Virus record (IMG/VR): IMGVR_UViG_3300045970_000794
Coordinates: 298,103 to 362,102 of that record
Length of the DNA: 64,000 bases
Direction: 5' to 3' (one strand)
The notes beneath the pieces are model-generated. The model searched no databases. It saw nothing but the letters and a program-made list of their open reading frames with translations, and was not told where the DNA came from. Both the position numbers and the translations under genes were made by a program. This document shows positions 41,866 to 52,745 of the stretch, in pieces (position 1 is the stretch's first letter; each line of letters begins with the position of its first letter).

Positions 41866-42716
41866 TTATTAGAAATGGCTTTACGTTGAAGTATCTTAAT
41901 TGAATTATCCCTTATCTGTCTGATTCTCTCACGACTTCTTTCTAAGATTACACCAATCTCAGCCAATGTTTTTGGCTTTTCACCAGTTAAACCATATGAT
42001 AGTATGATTACCTCACGCTGAACTGGTGATAATACACTAAGCATTTTCTTAATTTTTTCAGTTTCATCTTCGGAAGTTAAGATGTAATCAGTTAATTCGC
42101 AGTTATTATCTGCTGTGATATCAACCAATGTACTACCATCCTCATCAAGTTTAAAGTCTAATGATTTAACTTTAGTTTGATTGATTTCATAGATTTGCTG
42201 AAGCTTATCTAATGTGATAGTACCTTCCAACAATTCGAAAAGTTCATCTTCACTTGGTTCACGATTAAATTTAATCTCAAATTTATTTTGAGCATTTCTA
42301 ACCTTATTAGCATCCATCAGTTTATTATTAGGAATCCTAATTAAACGGCCGTAATTGCTTTTATAAACCATAATACTTTGTCTAATCCACCATACCGCAT
42401 ACGAAATGAATTTAAATCCAGTGCTTGGGTCAAACTTTTTAGTTGCACTGATTAAACCCTCATTTCCTTCATTTACCAAATCTTCTAATTTACACCTATC
42501 ATCCACAAATAATTTTGCAACACTTACCACAAATCGTAAGTTAGATGTAATTAATATTTCATGCGCTACTTTATCACCATTAATTGCTCTTTCAGCATAC
42601 ATTAATTCTTCTTTAGGTGTTAATAATGGATATTTACTGATATCTTGTAAATATCTTTTAAATGCCTCTGAATCGTGCACTGTTATTTTAGGTGTAATAA
42701 CCAAAGTTTTCATCAT
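41841..42716 (-). CDS. RpoD/SigA-like sigma-70 factor (no region 1.1)
   Basis: YLQDI..YPLLT..EE, SNLRFVVSVAK, DLVNEGN.GL, GFKFISYAVWWIRQSI, TLAEIG..L.RSRERIRQI. Confidence 0.92.
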   Translation of the reverse strand: MMKTLVITPKITVHDSEAFKRYLQDISKYPLLTPKEELMYAERAINGDKVAHEILITSNLRFVVSVAKLFVDDRCKLEDLVNEGNEGLISATKKFDPSTGFKFISYAVWWIRQSIMVYKSNYGRLIRIPNNKLMDANKVRNAQNKFEIKFNREPSEDELFELLEGTITLDKLQQIYEINQTKVKSLDFKLDEDGSTLVDITADNNCELTDYILTSEDETEKIKKMLSVLSPVQREVIILSYGLTGEKPKTLAEIGVILERSRERIRQIRDNSIKILQRKAISNNWAVHYQE

Positions 42717-42798
42717 AATTATTTCGTTTTAATATTTAGTTCTCTATTTAGGTCTCGTTTTTTAATTGTGTTATAAACTAATGAATATAGCGTCAAGA

Positions 42799-43260
42799 TT
42801 ATAAATTTAAATTTTTAACACTTTTTAATAAATCTTTTTCTAATAAACTAATTCTTTTGTCATATAGTTTCTTACCTTTAACTAATGCGATTTTAATTTT
42901 AACCAATCCCTTTTTATTAATGAATAGTGAGAGTGGTACGATAGTTAAGCCACCAATTTTAATCTCATTGGTTAATTTGCTTAGCTCACGTTTAGTTAAT
43001 AGTAGTTTCCTATCTCTTAATGATTCAACATTGTTATATGTACCTTCTTTATATTCAGAAATGTGCATATTTTTAATGAATAACTCATTTTTAGTAAATT
43101 GACAATATGATTCTTTGATTGATACTTTGGTATTCCTAATGGATTTAACCTCTGGACCAACCAATTGAATGCCAGCAATAAATTCCTCGATTATATGATA
43201 CTCATACTTAACTTTCCTATTTTCAGAAATAGTTTTATTATTTTCACTAACAATTTTCAT
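42799..43260 (-). CDS. smpB: SsrA-binding protein
   Basis: NRK..YEY.I.E...AGI.L.G.EVKSIR, RKLLL.K.E, GLTIVPL, KGKKLYDKR. Confidence 0.93.
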   Translation of the reverse strand: MKIVSENNKTISENRKVKYEYHIIEEFIAGIQLVGPEVKSIRNTKVSIKESYCQFTKNELFIKNMHISEYKEGTYNNVESLRDRKLLLTKRELSKLTNEIKIGGLTIVPLSLFINKKGLVKIKIALVKGKKLYDKRISLLEKDLLKSVKNLNL

Positions 43261-43754
43261 ATCAATTTTAATTTATTATTAATTTCAAACCAATCTACCA
43301 TTGTCACACCACCAAAAGTAAACTCAGTTCTTAATTTTAAGATTTGCGTTTCTGTTATCATATTATGGTTTTTTTATTGGCTTCGCCTTTGTGGGTTATT
43401 AAAATGTTGCTCTTTTTTTAATTTTTTCATTTTGTTTATCTTCTTTCTCTTTGTCTAAAATTAATAATAATTGATGAGCTATCAAATATAAAAGATATAT
43501 TAGAAATTATTTAACTCGTGGAAAGCTTTTTTATTCGTCAATAATAGTTTATCAGTGTCCATTTAATTCAAATTCTTTTTAAACACGTCATCATATTTTT
43601 CTTTTGCACTACTGCTGAATAATTTCCAAACAATATACATTAAAAATACTAATGACAGTACAATTAATACTAGTTTCCATAAGAAACAAAATAACATTAT
43701 TAAAATTGCCATGGCCAATGCGGCCCAAAATAAAGTTTTCATAATTAATTTAAT

Positions 43755-44204
43755 TTAAGGTTTTATTAAATAAGCTAGTACCGAATCCCAATCTGGAAAT
43801 CGTTTACTACCAAAGAAAATTTGTTCCCACTCGGGTTTTAATAACCCTTTTTGTACACAATCATCAATCAAATACCTACCACGTGAAAGCGTTTTATCTA
43901 CACATATATGTAATTTATCACATTCAGCCAAACCAAGATGCTTTTCAACCCATAACCTTTTTTCCATATAACATAATGGATTATTAACTGAGGGTGCCGT
44001 CAGCAGAATAACATTGTATTGTTCTTTAAGCTTAAAATAAGCCTCAACAGCACCATCAATCGGTTCCAGATTTTCAAAAAACTTTAATTGAGATTGTGGG
44101 TAACTGATATTTGGGTTTTTATACCTAGCTAAAATGAATGCATGATAATAATCACACATAGTATCATCTAAATCAATATTACAAATCTCTTTCTCTAATT
44201 TCAT
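43755..44204 (-). CDS. 5'(3')-deoxyribonucleotidase (HAD, NT5C-like)
   Basis: IDLDDT, FF..LEPIDGA, LTAP, EKRLWV..HLG, LIDD. Confidence 0.85.
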   Translation of the reverse strand: MKLEKEICNIDLDDTMCDYYHAFILARYKNPNISYPQSQLKFFENLEPIDGAVEAYFKLKEQYNVILLTAPSVNNPLCYMEKRLWVEKHLGLAECDKLHICVDKTLSRGRYLIDDCVQKGLLKPEWEQIFFGSKRFPDWDSVLAYLIKP

Positions 44205-44219
44205 TTATATAATTATAAG

Positions 44220-44663
44220 TTAATATTCAGTATTAAGCAGTGAACTATACATAGTTCTTTCAGTTGCTTCAACAATTTTATCCTCTCTCCATTCCTCGTA
44301 AAAGGCCCGAATAATTGCTTCAGTATCATAGCACATTATTAGTGCTCTATAAAGTTGTTCCCAAGTTAATTCAGTGCCATAAGCATCAACCACTTTCCAA
44401 TCAACCATTGTTAATATAACATCACAATTTTTTAAAAAATCGTAAACATGACGGGCCAAATCTCTTCTAAGCCTATAGTACCAATCTTTAACGATTTCAT
44501 ACGTATTGCAGAAATTAAAAACATTTAAAACTTCGTAATAAACATCAGAATAAACATCAGAATATTGCTCACTAAACCTATTAAAAATTACAGTTCTAGC
44601 ACCATCAATACGAACATCGTAATGTCTATACAAATATTTTAAAATATATTGTTCCTCAGTCAT
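44220..44663 (-). CDS. hypothetical protein
   Basis: 147-aa ORF after promoter at 44674; contains a 12-bp tandem duplication (YSDVYSDV). Confidence 0.65.
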   Translation of the reverse strand: MTEEQYILKYLYRHYDVRIDGARTVIFNRFSEQYSDVYSDVYYEVLNVFNFCNTYEIVKDWYYRLRRDLARHVYDFLKNCDVILTMVDWKVVDAYGTELTWEQLYRALIMCYDTEAIIRAFYEEWREDKIVEATERTMYSSLLNTEY

Positions 44664-44710
44664 GTTCCAATTGCAAAACTATAAAAAAAAATTGACAATT
44701 CCTAATAAAA

Positions 44711-45307
44711 TTACAACTTTATCTTATTATCCTCAAACTCAGCGATTAATTTAATCCTACTCCTACGATGAATACCACGTATGGTTGATGCCTTCATCTT
44801 CAATTCAACAGCAATATCCTTCAATTGAATGGAATCAATTACGTGTCTATTGAAAATAGTCCGTTCCAAATCATTCAATTTAGTATCAATTAATTTCAAC
44901 ATCAATTCAGCATCTACTTGTTGACTATCCTCAAGTTCTTTCTCATTATAGTAACTTAATGATTTATTAGCAATGTCAACCTGACATTCATCACAATAAT
45001 TTAATGCAATATTCTTTTTAACACTCTTACGCCTATATTTATCAATGCAAAAGCATTTGAATAACATATAAGCCCAAGTGATAAATGCACCTTTTTCTGG
45101 GTCAAATTTATCTAAATTATTGAATAATTTAATATAAGCTTCTTGGCACCAATCACTAGCTTCATGAGAATCATTCGCATATTTGTAACATACGATGAAT
45201 AATGTACTATATGTCTTACGATATAATTCATAAAATGCTGAATGTTCACCAGCAATAGCTGATTTAATTACAGAATAGTCAATTAATATAGTGTTTTTAT
45301 ATTCCAT
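44711..45307 (-). CDS. ECF-type sigma factor
   Basis: AF.ELY, A.D..QE.YIKLF..L.KF, F.TW, region-4 HTH (LKDIA.EL). Confidence 0.85.
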   Translation of the reverse strand: MEYKNTILIDYSVIKSAIAGEHSAFYELYRKTYSTLFIVCYKYANDSHEASDWCQEAYIKLFNNLDKFDPEKGAFITWAYMLFKCFCIDKYRRKSVKKNIALNYCDECQVDIANKSLSYYNEKELEDSQQVDAELMLKLIDTKLNDLERTIFNRHVIDSIQLKDIAVELKMKASTIRGIHRRSRIKLIAEFEDNKIKL

Positions 45308-45308
45308 A

Positions 45309-47234
45309 TTAATTATATTTAGATAATTCGAACGCCCTTCTATCCAAAGAAACGCTCTTAACTTTAACCATTATCTCATCACCGAGTTTTAATTTATACC
45401 CACTACTACCAACAACGCAATAGTTTGATACATCTGATGTGAATTGTTCATCGGGAATGATATCACCCAATCTCATCAATCCCTCACATTTAGAATCAGC
45501 TAATTCAACAAATACACCGCTTTCAATTATACCAGTTACCACACCCATGAATATCTTACCAACTTTATCAGCCATATATTCAGTTTGTTTGTATTTAATT
45601 GATTCACGTTCGGCTTTCTGAGCTTTACGTTCTCTTTCAGATAAGTGAGAACATTTACCTTCTAATCGATTACCATTAACATTAAACTTGCTATCTAAGT
45701 ACCTAGTTAATAATCTATGTACCATTATGTCTGGATAACGTCTAATTGGTGATGTGAAATGACAATAATCTTGAAACCCTAAACCATAGTGACCAACATT
45801 ATGTGTTGTGTAGGTTGCTTTAGACATTGTACGAACGATTAATCGGTTAACCATATTTTCCAATGGTTTACCCTCAAGCTCTTTAATTATTTTTTTAAAA
45901 CTAGCTTTAGTATCAGCTGGGTTTTTAGTATTAACTTTTAAATCGAATTGAGCTAAGAATGTTTTTAATTCTTCAATCTTTTCATCATCTGGTAACTCAT
46001 GAGCTCTGTTCACCATCGGTAAACCATTCAATCTAGCGTATTCAGCTACTTTTCTATTAGCTAATAACATATATTCCTCAATCAAATTATTAGAATCCAA
46101 TGATTCCTTCACAATAATTTTAACTGGTTTCTTGTTTTCATCTAATTCGAATTTAAAGCTAGGGCTTTTCATTTCAATAGCACCTTTACTTATTCTAATA
46201 GCTCTCATTTTCTTAGCTAAATCATTTAGTATTACTAAATAATCACCTAAGAATGCACCTGATGGGTCACTAATAAATCTATTATCATCGCCACGGTCAA
46301 TACATTCTTGTGCGCTTTCATATGTAAACCTATGTCTAGAACATATTACAGTTCTACCCATCCAAGTGTTCATAATTTTAGCATCCTTATTCATTGTCAC
46401 AACCACTGAGAAACATAACCTATCTTCAAATGGTTTCAAAGAACAAATGTCATTCGACAAATATTCTGGAATCATTGGTATCACTCTATCAACTAGATAG
46501 ATTGATGTACCACGTGAATATGCCTCAGCATCGATAGATGTTTCTGGTCTTACGTAGTGAGACACATCAGCAATATGAATACCAATTTCATAACAACCCA
46601 TATCAACTTCTCTGAATGATAATGCATCATCAAAGTCTTTAGCATCAACAGGGTCAATCGTGAATGTAGGTACTTTACGGAAATCTCTTCTCTTTTTAAT
46701 TTCACGTTCAGTTATCTCTCTACTGATACCTTCAGCTTCGTCCAATACATCTTGTGGGAATTCGGTTGGTAAACCATATTCTTGGATAATTGCATGCATT
46801 TCAACATCATTATCACCAGCATCACCTAACACTTCAACAATCTTACCTAATGGACATTTATCTTGTGGTCTCCACTCGATTAATTCAGCAATAACTTTCT
46901 GACCATTTGTGGCTCCATTTAAGCGTGTTAGAGGCACGTAAAAGTCAACTGATAGTTTTCTATTATCTGGACGAAAAAATGCGAAATTATCGCTTATATC
47001 AATCCTACCGACAAATTTATCTTTGTATCTCTTAACAACTTTTATAACTTTAGCTTCTAGAGGTCTATCTTGAGACTCTATAACTTTTATTTCAACCGTA
47101 TCTAAATGTAACGCTTGATTAATATTTTCTTTTTGAACATAAAGGTCCTTAGCCATTTCATCCGATTGGAAATATGCTGACCCACTTAAATTCAATGTAA
47201 TTTTACCTTTATAGGTATCCCCTACTTTTATCAT
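45309..47234 (-). CDS. rnr: ribonuclease R
   Basis: FTIDPVDAKDFDDALS, HIADVSHYV, IEEYMLLAN, HFTSPIRRYPD, C-terminal S1. Confidence 0.95.
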   Translation of the reverse strand: MIKVGDTYKGKITLNLSGSAYFQSDEMAKDLYVQKENINQALHLDTVEIKVIESQDRPLEAKVIKVVKRYKDKFVGRIDISDNFAFFRPDNRKLSVDFYVPLTRLNGATNGQKVIAELIEWRPQDKCPLGKIVEVLGDAGDNDVEMHAIIQEYGLPTEFPQDVLDEAEGISREITEREIKKRRDFRKVPTFTIDPVDAKDFDDALSFREVDMGCYEIGIHIADVSHYVRPETSIDAEAYSRGTSIYLVDRVIPMIPEYLSNDICSLKPFEDRLCFSVVVTMNKDAKIMNTWMGRTVICSRHRFTYESAQECIDRGDDNRFISDPSGAFLGDYLVILNDLAKKMRAIRISKGAIEMKSPSFKFELDENKKPVKIIVKESLDSNNLIEEYMLLANRKVAEYARLNGLPMVNRAHELPDDEKIEELKTFLAQFDLKVNTKNPADTKASFKKIIKELEGKPLENMVNRLIVRTMSKATYTTHNVGHYGLGFQDYCHFTSPIRRYPDIMVHRLLTRYLDSKFNVNGNRLEGKCSHLSERERKAQKAERESIKYKQTEYMADKVGKIFMGVVTGIIESGVFVELADSKCEGLMRLGDIIPDEQFTSDVSNYCVVGSSGYKLKLGDEIMVKVKSVSLDRRAFELSKYN

Positions 47235-47285
47235 ACTTTTTTTTTTATTTTAATTCCATTGTTTACCTGATGGTTTTTCAACTGT

Positions 47286-48741
47286 TCACCCAGTATATGC
47301 ATCATATTTATAATAAAGATTATCTATATCATAAAGTCTTCTATTTATCTCTTCAAGTTTAGCTAACTGAAGGTCACGGTTTAATTCTGGCGTTGTTCCG
47401 TTAAATAAACCATTACCATAAGGAGCTTCATCATCATCGTCATCACAAACATCACCTTCTTGATTAACTAATATATCATCTAATGTGATACCACTATCAA
47501 ATGGTTTTGACATTCCAACTATTACTAGTTTATTTTTAAAACATTTAGTATATTCAAATATAAAATACTCAACGATTATATTATGGTTGAATCTAATAGT
47601 TATTTTTTCACTAGCACCATCAATATCCGACCAATCAATGTTATTATCCGTACAAAAAATCAACTAATATAGTTAAATTAGGGTGTACTTCATTAATTTT
47701 ATATTTTAACGTAACTTGATATTCGTTAATATTATTATTAGAGTTAAACACACCCATTTCAACATGTGATACATCTTTAAAAATATTATCACCACCGAAA
47801 TGAATGATACAATCCTCGAATGATATTAAATCAGAACATTGTGCCTTATCAGTCAGTAGTTTAAAACCTTCCCAAAATCTGGTTACACCATGCTTTTCAA
47901 AGATTTCTTTAATACTTTTATCTCTTTCTTCACTAGATGCATTCATTTTCAACTATGTACTTTTTCGCTTCTTCATATGTCATACCTTCTGACATACGTT
48001 TTCTTAGGATGTAAGCACCTAGGCATACGCAGTTTTCACTAGTACCCCATGGTTCACTAGTTTTATGACATGGGCAGAATTCAACGTGGAAATTAGAATT
48101 TTGATTAAGAATTGCATCATCCAATTCCAATCTGATTTGTTCTTTCCTTGCTTTATTTTGTGCTCTAACCATTACAATGCTAGCCATTAATGAATTCAAT
48201 TCATCTTCAGTCATTTTTAAAACGTTAGTAAAACGTTCATTTTGTGATAATATACCAGAATACATTGCTTTTTGGAATTTTAATCCATCAATGATTGATA
48301 ATTTATTTTTACCACCAGTTTCAGCATTACCATCCAATGAGAATTCATCATCAGCGATTGTTGTTAATTTTTTTAATTGAGCATTAACATCTTTTAAATC
48401 ATCAATAGTTTTAGTAGTTTCAGATTCCAAAAAGTTTAGCAATAATTGCAATTTCATTTCCATTCTTAATATTTTTTTTTAATTATGTTATTTTCCGTTA
48501 TGTAAAAATACCTAACGAGTTTTTGAGCAAATATTGGGTTATATCCAAAAGCACCACATAAAAATGAACTTTCAGAAAAAAAACAAGTGTTATTTGATAA
48601 ATTTATCGCAATACATTCGTTATCAGAAACCCAGTTTTCCCATGTCATTTCTGGGTCTACTTCTTTCCACGTATCAATAGCAATAAATTTAATGTACTTA
48701 TAATTTTTTTGATATTCGCTTTCTATTTCACTCATGTACAA
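47286..48741 (-). other. four hypothetical genes (47286-47663, 47644-47952, 47933-48463, 48466-48741)
   Basis: Tiled co-oriented ORFs. Confidence 0.6.
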
Positions 48742-48775
48742 ATATAATAAATTTTAATGTATAATGCAAGGAATA

Positions 48776-49000
48776 TTAAAGATATTTTGAATTGTAATAA
48801 GTTTCTGGCGTATCATTTAATAATATCTTCAAATCACCTAAAATTAATTCATTTATTTCTTTTTTCAATTTTAATTTACACCCCATTAATTTAATTGCTT
48901 CATATGTGCGATTAGGAAATAAACTAATTAATTCATTTTTAGTTGAATTTTTATACGTTTTAATTAATAAATTAATTTCTTTTTGACTCCATTTTATCAT
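48776..49000 (-). pseudogene. truncated homing-endonuclease-like gene
   Basis: WS..EI.LL...Y HTH-like start; ends just after LLNDTPETYY, where a W.G...ADG motif would be expected. Confidence 0.45.
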
Positions 49001-49119
49001 TTTGGTATTTATTTAGATTGTTGTTATCCTTTTAATATACCTTGATATTGAAAAAATCAACTTACTATAAAAATAAATTTGATAATTGAATGAACCCGCA
49101 TATATTCCAATTTTTCTCA

Positions 49120-49653
49120 TTATTCAAAATTTAGTTTAGTTTTACAATACTCAAAAAAGGTTAAACCACTCTTAGTTAAATCATCAAACATAAACTTAGC
49201 ATAACCCATATATTTACCAATAGCGTTCATATCTAACTGCATTGGCGAATCATCAATACGACCATTTAATTTATAAAATGTCATTGTCGCATACTTTTCA
49301 GCAAATCGTTCTTCTTCAATTAAATGATTTAAAAAATCCTCATATACTGTAATAGCACCAACTAAACTATCAATAGCATCAACACCTATTTTACGAATTC
49401 TAAGATAGTGACCAATCTCATGTAAAATAATATGATATTGATTAACCAATGAAACGTATCTGATTTCATTTAAATTTAATATGATACTAATTGGGTTAGT
49501 AGCGGCAAATGCTCTAGAATATGGTGGTGGAAATTTATACGCCTTAATTGGTATGTTCTCTTTATCAATTAAATCCACCAATCCAGTGAAATTTAAATTA
49601 TCAGCATTACCTAATGAAATTAAGTAATCTCTAACTGAAATATCTTCATTCAT
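49120..49653 (-). CDS. zinc metallopeptidase-like protein (HExxH)
   Basis: ILHEIGHY ... EERFAE. Confidence 0.7.
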   Translation of the reverse strand: MNEDISVRDYLISLGNADNLNFTGLVDLIDKENIPIKAYKFPPPYSRAFAATNPISIILNLNEIRYVSLVNQYHIILHEIGHYLRIRKIGVDAIDSLVGAITVYEDFLNHLIEEERFAEKYATMTFYKLNGRIDDSPMQLDMNAIGKYMGYAKFMFDDLTKSGLTFFEYCKTKLNFE

Positions 49654-49757
49654 AATTTAAAACATTAAAAATTTAAGTACCATTAATTCGTTTAATAGCA
49701 CTTTTGCAAAGATACATATATTTATTTAATATAACAAGTATTTTTAAACTTATTTTT

Positions 49758-50540
49758 ATGAAAATTTTTAGTCAAGAAGAAATTAATGAAATTATTAGAT
49801 TATACACTATTGATATGTTAGGTACACCAACGATTGGTAAAAAGTTTAATATCAGTAAAAGAACCATCAATAATTTATTAAATAAAAATAATATTATTAT
49901 TGGTAAATCTGGTGGTAAATTTAAGGGTGGTAAAAAAATATCTGATAAAAAATATCGTGAAAAAAATAAAGAAAAAGCTAAAAAATACCAAGAAAACTAT
50001 CACCCTATATATTATCAAGAAAACAAAGAAATGCTAATTGATAAACATAAAACATATCGTGAAAATAATAAAGAAAAAGAGCAAATACGACATAAAATAT
50101 ATCGTGAAAATAATGCAGATAAAATTAAAATATATCGAATTTCGTATAAAGAAATTAGAAATTTAAAACATATTGAAAAAATGAAAATAAACCCACTTTA
50201 TAAATTAAAACATAATATTCGAGGTTTAATAAAAAATGGATTTAAAAGTAAATATTATATTAAACAATCTAAAACACAAGATATTTTAGGTTGTTCGTTT
50301 GAAGAATTTAAACTACATCTTGAATCACAATTTGAAAATTGGATGAACTGGGATAATTTTGGTAACTCTATTGATGGTATTATTGAACCAAATAAAACTT
50401 GGGATATTGACCATATTATTCCAATATCTTTAGCTAAAACAGAGGAAGATATAATTAAATTAAACCATTTCACTAATTTACAGCCGCTATGTAGTTATGA
50501 AAATCGTTTCATTAAACGAAATAAATTACTAAAAACATAA
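49758..50540 (+). CDS. HNH endonuclease
   Basis: ILGCS.EE.K.HLE.QF, WDIDHIIP, LNHFTNLQPL. Confidence 0.85.
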   Translation: MKIFSQEEINEIIRLYTIDMLGTPTIGKKFNISKRTINNLLNKNNIIIGKSGGKFKGGKKISDKKYREKNKEKAKKYQENYHPIYYQENKEMLIDKHKTYRENNKEKEQIRHKIYRENNADKIKIYRISYKEIRNLKHIEKMKINPLYKLKHNIRGLIKNGFKSKYYIKQSKTQDILGCSFEEFKLHLESQFENWMNWDNFGNSIDGIIEPNKTWDIDHIIPISLAKTEEDIIKLNHFTNLQPLCSYENRFIKRNKLLKT

Positions 50541-50889
50541 ATAATATTACAGTCACACCAATAATAAACCCATTGAAAAAATCAGCTGGGCTAAATTTAA
50601 TAATTGTTTTTTTATTGTAATTATCTAATAGTGAACCATATATCCGTTTGGAGCAGCTTCCAATTAGTTGCATTGTGATGGGTCCATGAGCATTTATCGT
50701 TTGCCTTAGGGCTCCATTAATCTTATTTAATTCAATCTTCTTAACTCTTCTTAACTTCTCAATGGTATTCAAGTTATCCTTTTCATACTCATCGAAAATA
50801 GCTATTAATTGTTCGATATCTTTTTTAGAGAATTCATTAACAAGCTTTTGTTCCAATCTACCTTTTCTGGTTCTTATTACATTAAACAT
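50512..50889 (-). CDS. hypothetical protein with C-terminal TM segment
   Basis: 125-aa ORF. Confidence 0.65.
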   Translation of the reverse strand: MFNVIRTRKGRLEQKLVNEFSKKDIEQLIAIFDEYEKDNLNTIEKLRRVKKIELNKINGALRQTINAHGPITMQLIGSCSKRIYGSLLDNYNKKTIIKFSPADFFNGFIIGVTVILFMFLVIYFV

Positions 50890-50912
50890 TTAGTTCTTTT
50901 ATAATAAATATC

Positions 50913-51311
50913 CTAATCTAATTCTAAATGACTAGTTATTTTATCAATTTCATCAGCCCAAAATGGACCAATTCCAACGCAAGTATTTGTTGGATTACCT
51001 TTAAATTCAGTCAACCCAGCATCAGTGATTAAAATTGATGGGATTTTAGCTGATTGTGCGGCCGCATAAATGCTTAATAGTTCAGCTTCATCTTTACATT
51101 TAACAACAATTTTAGTGAATCGGCCATTTAACCAATTGTCCCAAGCACCACCTTTTTTAAGATGTAATATGAATTTACATGGGTCAAGTGTGCGCATAGC
51201 ATTAACTAATACCGCAACTGAAGCATGGGCAACTTGTGCACCATATTTACCACGTCTAACCTTTAAATCATTCCTCCAAACTAAAACCATTTTTGTTTTC
51301 CTATTTTCCAT
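50913..51311 (-). CDS. pth2: peptidyl-tRNA hydrolase, Pth2 family
   Basis: R.DL...GK..AQVAHA, KIVVK, DAGLTE, TCVGIGP, ID.IT..L. Confidence 0.92.
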   Translation of the reverse strand: MENRKTKMVLVWRNDLKVRRGKYGAQVAHASVAVLVNAMRTLDPCKFILHLKKGGAWDNWLNGRFTKIVVKCKDEAELLSIYAAAQSAKIPSILITDAGLTEFKGNPTNTCVGIGPFWADEIDKITSHLELD

Positions 51312-51318
51312 AATAAAA

Positions 51319-52146
51319 TTAAGATTTATATGTTTGATTATCTTTTAAAATTCGTCTTATCAAATAAATACTAATATTAAACATTTCAGATAATTGTTTA
51401 GTAACTTTAAAACCATTATTTTTATATTCACTAATAATTTCGTTAATGACTGCATTATCAAATTCAACATAATTTGGATTCCCACTTTTCAATTTACTAT
51501 TTGACATTAAAATTCTACCATTTTCAGTAATATCAGTACGCTTACCATTAATATCTAATCTTTTTTTACAACTAGAACTAATTAATTTTTTAAATGAATC
51601 AGTTTTATAATAACTATTTTCTGATTGTTTTTTTTTAATTTCATTAGCTTTAATTTCACCATATCTTTCAACATAATTTAATTTTAATTGCTCAATCATT
51701 TTATTTGCTTTTTCTTCACCCCAACGCTCAACAAGTGTTTTATCTTTTTGAAAATCAGATAATTTTTTACGCTGTTCATTAGTAAGTGGCTTGCGAATTT
51801 GTTCTTTTGATTTTTCACCAATAATTCGTTTAGTTTCTTCACTATGCTTCCAGCCACTACAACCATGACCACCTTTAGTTGAATTATATCCTTCACCAAT
51901 AAAAGTATTGTATTTTTCAATATAATAAATTTCTAAATAATTTAAATCATCAACCGATACAACCCCCTCCAATACTTCCCATTCAAAATTATCAGGTCCA
52001 TATTTTTTAATTGCACGATGAAAATGATATTTTGACCCACGCAATGCATTTTTAATGTGTTGATTTTTACGCTCTTCTAATGTTTTAATGGTCTGACCAA
52101 TATATTTCAATCCATTAATTTTGTTTGTTACTAAATAAATTACCAT
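51319..52146 (-). CDS. GIY-YIG homing endonuclease with NUMOD3-like motif
   Basis: VIY..TN..NG.KYIGQT, GYN.T.GG, HSEETKR.I. Confidence 0.88.
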   Translation of the reverse strand: MVIYLVTNKINGLKYIGQTIKTLEERKNQHIKNALRGSKYHFHRAIKKYGPDNFEWEVLEGVVSVDDLNYLEIYYIEKYNTFIGEGYNSTKGGHGCSGWKHSEETKRIIGEKSKEQIRKPLTNEQRKKLSDFQKDKTLVERWGEEKANKMIEQLKLNYVERYGEIKANEIKKKQSENSYYKTDSFKKLISSSCKKRLDINGKRTDITENGRILMSNSKLKSGNPNYVEFDNAVINEIISEYKNNGFKVTKQLSEMFNISIYLIRRILKDNQTYKS

Positions 52147-52229
52147 ATTTATATGTTTATATATAAATATAATGAATATTCTAAAAAGTCAAAGTATCAT
52201 TACCCCACACAATGACTTGTTTAACTTTT

Positions 52230-52745
52230 TTATTTAAAATAAATATCTTTATATAAATCGATAAAATAATTCCCAATATAATAAGCCAAATCTTCACTTT
52301 TTAAATAAAGGGCCGAGGGAACAATCATATCACTAATATTGTAATCAGTGCTATAACAGGAAAACACACCGCTATTTTTATTAAAATAAGCGAAATATTT
52401 CATTTGAGAGTCATTATCCCAATCTGGATACCAGCCTTCATTTAATGCTTCGATAATTATACTTAATTTATAATAAGCAATTAAATGTTTATCTTTAAGC
52501 AATTTTAAGTCAATTGGTATTATATTAAGTTTAATACAAGCATCTTCAAACGAAGTAACACCCAATTTTTCACCAAAAATATATAAATTAGCTTTTATTA
52601 TTTTATTTCGTTCATTTAAATCGCCAACGCCTAAAATATCAAATATTTCATCTGAGTTTTTAATTGATATATAACTGAACTTTTCTTTAATTGTGGTAAT
52701 CCACCCATCAAAAGTTTGGTGTGGATTATAAAAATCTGGTTTCAT
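52230..52745 (-). CDS. DGR target protein 2
   Basis: Contains VR2; paralog of 53885-54436 (SFEDAC..L, ALNEGWYPD). Confidence 0.9.
   Translation of the reverse strand: MKPDFYNPHQTFDGWITTIKEKFSYISIKNSDEIFDILGVGDLNERNKIIKANLYIFGEKLGVTSFEDACIKLNIIPIDLKLLKDKHLIAYYKLSIIIEALNEGWYPDWDNDSQMKYFAYFNKNSGVFSCYSTDYNISDMIVPSALYLKSEDLAYYIGNYFIDLYKDIYFK
52312..52373 (-). repeat. DGR variable repeat VR2
   Basis: 8 differences from TR, all at TR adenines. Confidence 0.93.
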
